From Octopus bimaculoides (Eukaryota), in the NCBI RefSeq assembly GCF_001194135.2, contig NC_068991.1:47043662-47099723 (forward strand): a stretch of DNA of 56,062 bases, given 5' to 3'. Positions 50,631 through 56,062 of the stretch are shown in pieces. The translations under genes were made by a program, and so were the position numbers. The notes beneath the pieces were generated by a model. The model was not told the DNA's origin. It ran no database searches and saw only the letters and a list, made by a program, of their open reading frames with translations. Position 1 is the stretch's first letter. Each line of letters starts with the position of its first letter.

Positions 50631-51779
50631 GAAAATAAGAAGCTTGGTTCCTAACCACATGGTTCTGGGTTNNNNNNNNNNNNNNNNNNNNNNNNNNNNN
50701 NNNNNNNNNNNNNNNNNNNNNNNNNNNNNNNNNNNNNNNNNNNNNNNNNNNNNNNNNNNNNNNNNNNNNNNNNNNNNNNNNNNNNNNNNNNNNNNNNNNN
50801 NNNNNNNNNNNNNNNNNNNNNNNNNNNNNNNNNNNNNNNNNNNNNNNNNNNNNNNNNNNNNNNNNNNNNNNNNNNNNNNNNNNNNNNNNNNNNNNNNNNN
50901 NNNNNNNNNNNNNNNNNNNNNNNNNNNNNNNNNNNNNNNNNNNNNNNNNNNNNNNNNNNNNNNNNNNNNNNNNNNNNNNNNNNNNNNNNNNNNNNNNNNN
51001 NNNNNNNNNNNNNNNNNNNNNNNNNNNNNNNNNNNNNNNNNNNNNNNNNNNNNNNNNNNNNNNNNNNNNNNNNNNNNNNNNNNNNNNNNNNNNNNNNNNN
51101 NNNNNNNNNNNNNNNNNNNNNNNNNNNNNNNNNNNNNNNNNNNNNNNNNNNNNNNNNNNNNNNNNNNNNNNNNNNNNNNNNNNNNNNNNNNNNNNNNNNN
51201 NNNNNNNNNNNNNNNNNNNNNNNNNNNNNNNNNNNNNNNNNNNNNNNNNNNNNNNNNNNNNNNNNNNNNNNNNNNNNNNNNNNNNNNNNNNNNNNNNNNN
51301 NNNNNNNNNNNNNNNNNNNNNNNNNNNNNNNNNNNNNNNNNNNNNNNNNNNNNNNNNNNNNNNNNNNNNNNNNNNNNNNNNNNNNNNNNNNNNNNNNNNN
51401 NNNNNNNNNNNNNNNNNNNNNNNNNNNNNNNNNNNNNNNNNNNNNNNNNNNNNNNNNNNNNNNNNNNNNNNNNNNNNNNNNNNNNNNNNNNNNNNNNNNN
51501 NNNNNNNNNNNNNNNNNNNNNNNNNNNNNNNNNNNNNNNNNNNNNNNNNNNNNNNNNNNNNNNNNNNNNNNNNNNNNNNNNNNNNNNNNNNNNNNNNNNN
51601 NNNNNNNNNNNNNNNNNNNNNNNNNNNNNNNNNNNNNNTTTTTGTTTTTTTCAATAAAACAGCTAATGAGGAACAAAGCACAACATACAAACCATACACA
51701 GAAACTGCTTTTTTCTTCAAAACAAGAATGTTTACTTAAAATTCTACTGAAAAACTTAAAATTTCTACAGACAAATTAC

Positions 51780-52500
51780 ATCATTATTTATGCCTAATTT
51801 CCCATGAATTTGTATTTGGATGATTTTTTTGAGAGCTGAACCTCAGAAAGATCACAAACCAACTTCCAGCAACAGTCCTCAATCATATGCAAGTTTCATT
51901 TGTCTTGTAACCTTTGTTCAATTGATTTTATTTCCTGGGTGAAAACATTCTCCCTGCTCAGGAATTTATTAAACTGACTGTAGAGATGATGCAGTTTTAT
52001 ACTCATATTCGCTCCCAATTTCTGAAAGTTCTCCTGCATGATGTCAACGATTTTAGTATAGTTGGCTGCTTTCTTGCTGCCCCAAATTCATTTAAAACTA
52101 TTACATATGAATTCCATGCTACTACTTCAATGCAATTCATTAACACTTTAGCATTTAAATTGGCCATATCCGGCTTAAAGTATTCTGCCTGTTTTATGTT
52201 CAAACTGGCCAGATCTGGTTTCTCACACCAACCCTACAATATTGTTTTAAAAATTAACAGCTACCTCATCGAAATCTCATAGCTACAAGATAATGCATGA
52301 TTAGTTCAAAACAATGTGGATGAAAAAGCATTAATTTTGGCAGAATAATGCAAACACTAAAGGGTTAAATTCACAAAGTTCCATTTTTCATCATTTTTGT
52401 CATTTGAGACTCATCCTAAACACTGCAGCTTTTATCCTTTTACTGCTCAGACTGGAAAATATGCTGCAGATATAGTGAAAGCATGGCCCATCTTTATCCA
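51780..52500 (-). mobile_element. Chapaev3-like (CMC) transposase C-terminal remnant split by a MITE
   Basis: Minus: DKDGPCFHYICSIF..IKAAVF / MNCIEVVAWNSYV / QENFQKLGANMSIKLHHLYS..QGECFHPGNK(frameshifted GERFHQ)..DCCWKL. Superfamily call is from memory of this motif set. Confidence 0.7.
52140..52368 (+). mobile_element. TTAA-type (piggyBac-like) MITE
   Basis: ttaa-CACTTTAG...CTAAAGGG-ttaa; removing it rejoins the transposase frame. Confidence 0.88.
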
Positions 52501-53374
52501 GAGTTTTAACAATTTTCCTTCAATTTCTGTCTGCCAAATCCATCCACAAGGTTATATTCACCTAAGGTTATAATAGAAGACACTTGCCCAGAGGTGCCAC
52601 ACATTGGTACTAAACCCCCCAAAAAACACATGGTTGGGAAGCAAGATTCTTAACTACACAGCTATGTTTACCACAGATACTGCAGCAATAACAGGTGGCA
52701 TTATGACTACAATGGTAATACCAATAATAAAAATGAAAACTGGAGCATAAAATACCACATCACCATCATCAACAACAACAAAGACAAAACAGTGAGTCAA
52801 CAAGAGAACCTTTATGCATTCACTCAACTTACTAGAAATAGCAGTGAAATCTTCCTCAAATCACTCACCACTATTTTAGTTAAAGACAATGGAGAACATT
52901 GGATATGTAGTCACTGATATACATACAAAAACAGGCAGGAAGATCAAGGGTGGATTGCCTTTGATCATATGTATGCTTAATTGAGGTTGGCCCGGGGTTA
53001 AACAAAAGCAATGAACCAACAAAGTAGCCTTTACATGACCGTACCCGTTGCTGAAAATAATAGCCAAATCTCCCTCAAATCAAATCCTATAGTCTTACAC
53101 AGGAAAGGACATATTAGATAATATAATTCTAGATCACATACTTCTAGCTGTAGGTGCTCAATTGAGAATGACCTGGGGCTAAACAACAATAGCAGTAACA
53201 TGAGCCACTGATGATTGATGAAGCCTTTCAGTGGTTGCTTCATCTGCAAAAAGATAGCAACTAAATCATATCTTAAAAAAAATAATGAAATAAACAAAGG
53301 ACACATTGGATCATGTAATCCTAGACATACAATGACCAAAGAAAAAGATGGGATGGTCATAGAAATATCTTTAA

Positions 53375-53430
53375 TCAGAGTTCTACTCAATCAGAGTTCT
53401 ACTCAACCAGAGTTCTACTCAATCAGAGTT
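53375..53430. repeat. 16-bp tandem repeat (AATCAGAGTTCTACTC) x ~3.5
   Basis: Directly visible. Confidence 0.85.
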
Positions 53431-53466
53431 GACTTCCTGTGAATCAACAGCAACAACTATGAACAT

Positions 53467-53497
<31 letters not shown>

Positions 53498-53893
53498 CAC
53501 AGCATCATTTTAACATCCACTTTTCCAAGCTTGCATGGGTCAAACAGAATTCAGTGAGGAAAATTTTCTACAGCCAGATGCTCTTCCTGTTGCCAACCCT
53601 CGCTTCTAGTCAATCAATGTCACATGAATGAAACTGGGTGAATGGAAAATGAGCAGAAGTCCATCACACAGACTGTACTCATTCTTGGCTGGTACATTTA
53701 ATTAGTTCAACCAATTTAACACCGACATCTGACTCTTGGGTACATTTAGCATAGTTCTCTTGACTGCAAGTCTAAGGACCAAAACCTCAGTGTGAGTGTA
53801 ACTCCAATATCTTTAGGCATGTTGTCATGAGTTGTAATTTATTACCCACTTTACTACCACCAATCTAGAAAACCCTAGGTACTGCACTTCCTC

Positions 53894-54050
53894 CAGTACC
53901 ATCTTAAGGCATGGGCACACTAAGCAATTGCCCAGGAACACCACAGGTTCAGGAGACCCCAATGTTAATCAATGTAGGGTATGATTGTGTATTTAGGGGC
54001 ACCAATGCACTGCATTGCCCAGGTGCCTATAATACTGTGTGACAGCCAAT
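53894..54050. mobile_element. hAT-like MITE related to 3549-4745
   Basis: CAGTACCATCTTAAGGCATGGGCACACT..GCCCAGG..CCTATAATACTG parallels both ends of the 3549-4745 element. Confidence 0.55.
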
Positions 54051-54403
54051 AATAACAGCCCTACACTCATTTTCCAACTAAGCCAGTGATTCTCAAACAG
54101 TGCACTGAAATGCATTGGTATACTGCAGTGCACTGGTGCACCACAAAGAATATCTATGTGTGTCATGGAATTTTGAAAATATAATTTAGGGCATGGCTGT
54201 ATGGTTAAAAAGTTTGATTCAAAACCACATAGCAGTTTTTTGGTCAGCAGTGTATACTTTAGCCACAAGTTGACCAATACCTTGTAAGTGAAATTGGTAG
54301 AAAGGAACTAGAGAAGCCTTTATAGATATGAATATGTGTGGTATCGTACATATTTAGTGAGCGAGTTCGTATTTCCCCCTTATCTTCATATATGTTCACT
54401 GAC

Positions 54404-54505
54404 TGTAAGCAATTATTCCATTGTGGACACAGCTGTGTCCTCTGCTTGCAGTCAACCATGAAAGCATGTTCAGATTTCTCAACATGTCTTGACGTTGCGC
54501 AATCT
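54404..54505 (-). CDS. Candidate upstream exon of the unidentified gene (102 nt)
   Basis: Acceptor aaccttttgtttacag|AG and weak donor CA|gtcagt. Length is a multiple of 3 and two frames are open (EIAQRQDMLRNLNMLSWL.. or DCATSRHVEKSEHAFMVDC..). Confidence 0.45.
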
Positions 54506-55269
54506 CTGTAAACAAAAGGTTCATTTAAACAGTACCATTTTGTTTCCAGTTCAGCGGAGAAGTGGATGTTAAAACAATGTTCACAATGATAGATTTAAGA
54601 CTTCAGAAAATCAATACTAATGTTCAAATGATTTCAAAAACCATATTATTCATATTGTTTGTTTTTGTTTTGTTTTGTTTTTTTTCTAAAGAGAAATATG
54701 ATTTATAAAACAAGGTAATAATATAATTTTCCCGAGATTTTTCTAAATATTCAATTATAAAACTTTTTATTAAACTTTGCATGCAAAGTGTGCAAATAAT
54801 TCATTTTCTTTTTTTATTTGATCTCCAGTGAGCCACAAAATCCAAAACATAAAATGAAAATTTTTAGGCTAAATCTTCAAATTATTTTTTTTAAGTTCCA
54901 AGACCAAGTGAGCCAAAAGTATTAACAAGCACAATGTGAAACAAGGGTATTAAAGACGCCAAAAGCAAAAAGATACATCAGAAACCAAAACCATCTTAAG
55001 ACTTTCTTTGAAGTTGAGTAATGATGATTAAATATATACAAAGACACACTTCTAAGACATATGAGGACTCTTCTTGTTTATCAATCATCCTATTTTTATA
55101 TACAGACATGCACAAAAAAATGAGGAAGAATAACATAGGAGGGAGAGAAAGAGGAAAGAAAAAAAAACAACAACCAGTAATGTAAAAGAACTGAAAAGAA
55201 AGCAAAGCCATTCTCCAACTAAGCAATCGAAAATTCATTCAAAATTATCGAAACAGAAATTTATCTCTT

Positions 55270-55322
<53 letters not shown>

Positions 55323-55479
55323 GGGGNNNNNNNNNNNNNNNNNNNNNNNNNNNNNNNNNNNGGGAGAGAGAGAGAGAGAGAGAGAGAAGAGTGAGCAAGG
55401 CAATACAGGGAATTTTTCTAGGTCAAGTGGCTACAGATTTTTCAAGCCAAGACAACCAGCAGGAGACCTAGACACAAAC

Positions 55480-55640
55480 CAAGAACAACATGACAGGATA
55501 GTTTCATTTGGTCATGCTTGAGAATCCAGCCAGAAAGTCTAATGATTGTTGCTTCTAATAGGACCCTATGGAGGAAGATACTTCAAGACTCTCCTTCCAT
55601 GACTTGCCCAGAGAAGAAGGATGAAAATGAACCTCCACCA
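55480..55640 (+). mobile_element. LINE 3' fragment (see 21900)
   Basis: Shared block with 21900-22070. Confidence 0.55.
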
Positions 55641-55676
55641 CTCTATCTGTACACACCTTTTAATGCCATAAGGAGT

Positions 55677-56062
55677 TGAGGCGCAATGGCCCAGTGATTA
55701 GGGCAGTGGACTCACAGTCATAGGATCGCGGTTTCAATTCCCAGACCGGGCGTTGTGAGTGTTTATTAAGCAAAAACACCTAAAGCTCCACGAGGCTCTG
55801 GCGGGGGATGGTGGCAAACCCTGCTGTACTCTTTCACCACAACTTTCTCTCACTTTTACTTCCTGTTTCTGTTGTGCCTGTAATTCAAAGGGTCAACCTT
55901 GTCACATTCTGTGTCACGCTGAATATCCCCGAGAACTATGTTAAGGGTAGACGTGTCTGTGGAGTGCTCAGCCACTTGCACGCTAATTTCACGAGCAGGC
56001 TGTTCCGTTGATCGGATCAACTGGAACCCTCGACGTCGTAAGTGATGGAGTGCCAACATAAC
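55677..56062 (+). mobile_element. SINE family A
   Basis: Matches 12567-12916 over its full length. Confidence 0.9.

Overview
AT-rich, microsatellite-dense animal genomic DNA with many N gaps. The SINE content resembles that of octopus/cephalopod genomes (inference). Most listed ORFs are artefacts of simple repeats and gaps. The window is mainly layered, decayed mobile DNA: three tRNA-derived SINE families; two Penelope-like (RT + GIY-YIG) remnants; R4/Dong-like, L1/Tx1-like and RTE-like LINE fragments; mariner, pogo and Chapaev-like transposase remnants; and TTAA-, TA- and 8-bp-TSD MITEs. It also carries the 3' part of an unidentified minus-strand intron-rich gene (exons near 54.4, 42.5-43.2, 41.9 and 31.0-31.1 kb). 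The most interesting signal is non-coding. A near-canonical type I hammerhead ribozyme (35655-35697, minus) lies in a ~352-nt structured unit present 1.3 times, which resembles a retrozyme. In addition, five unrelated palindromes each carry outward-facing, mostly decayed hammerhead cores on their arms, and one of them caps a Penelope-like element. All alignments and folds were done by eye and most TE boundaries are approximate.
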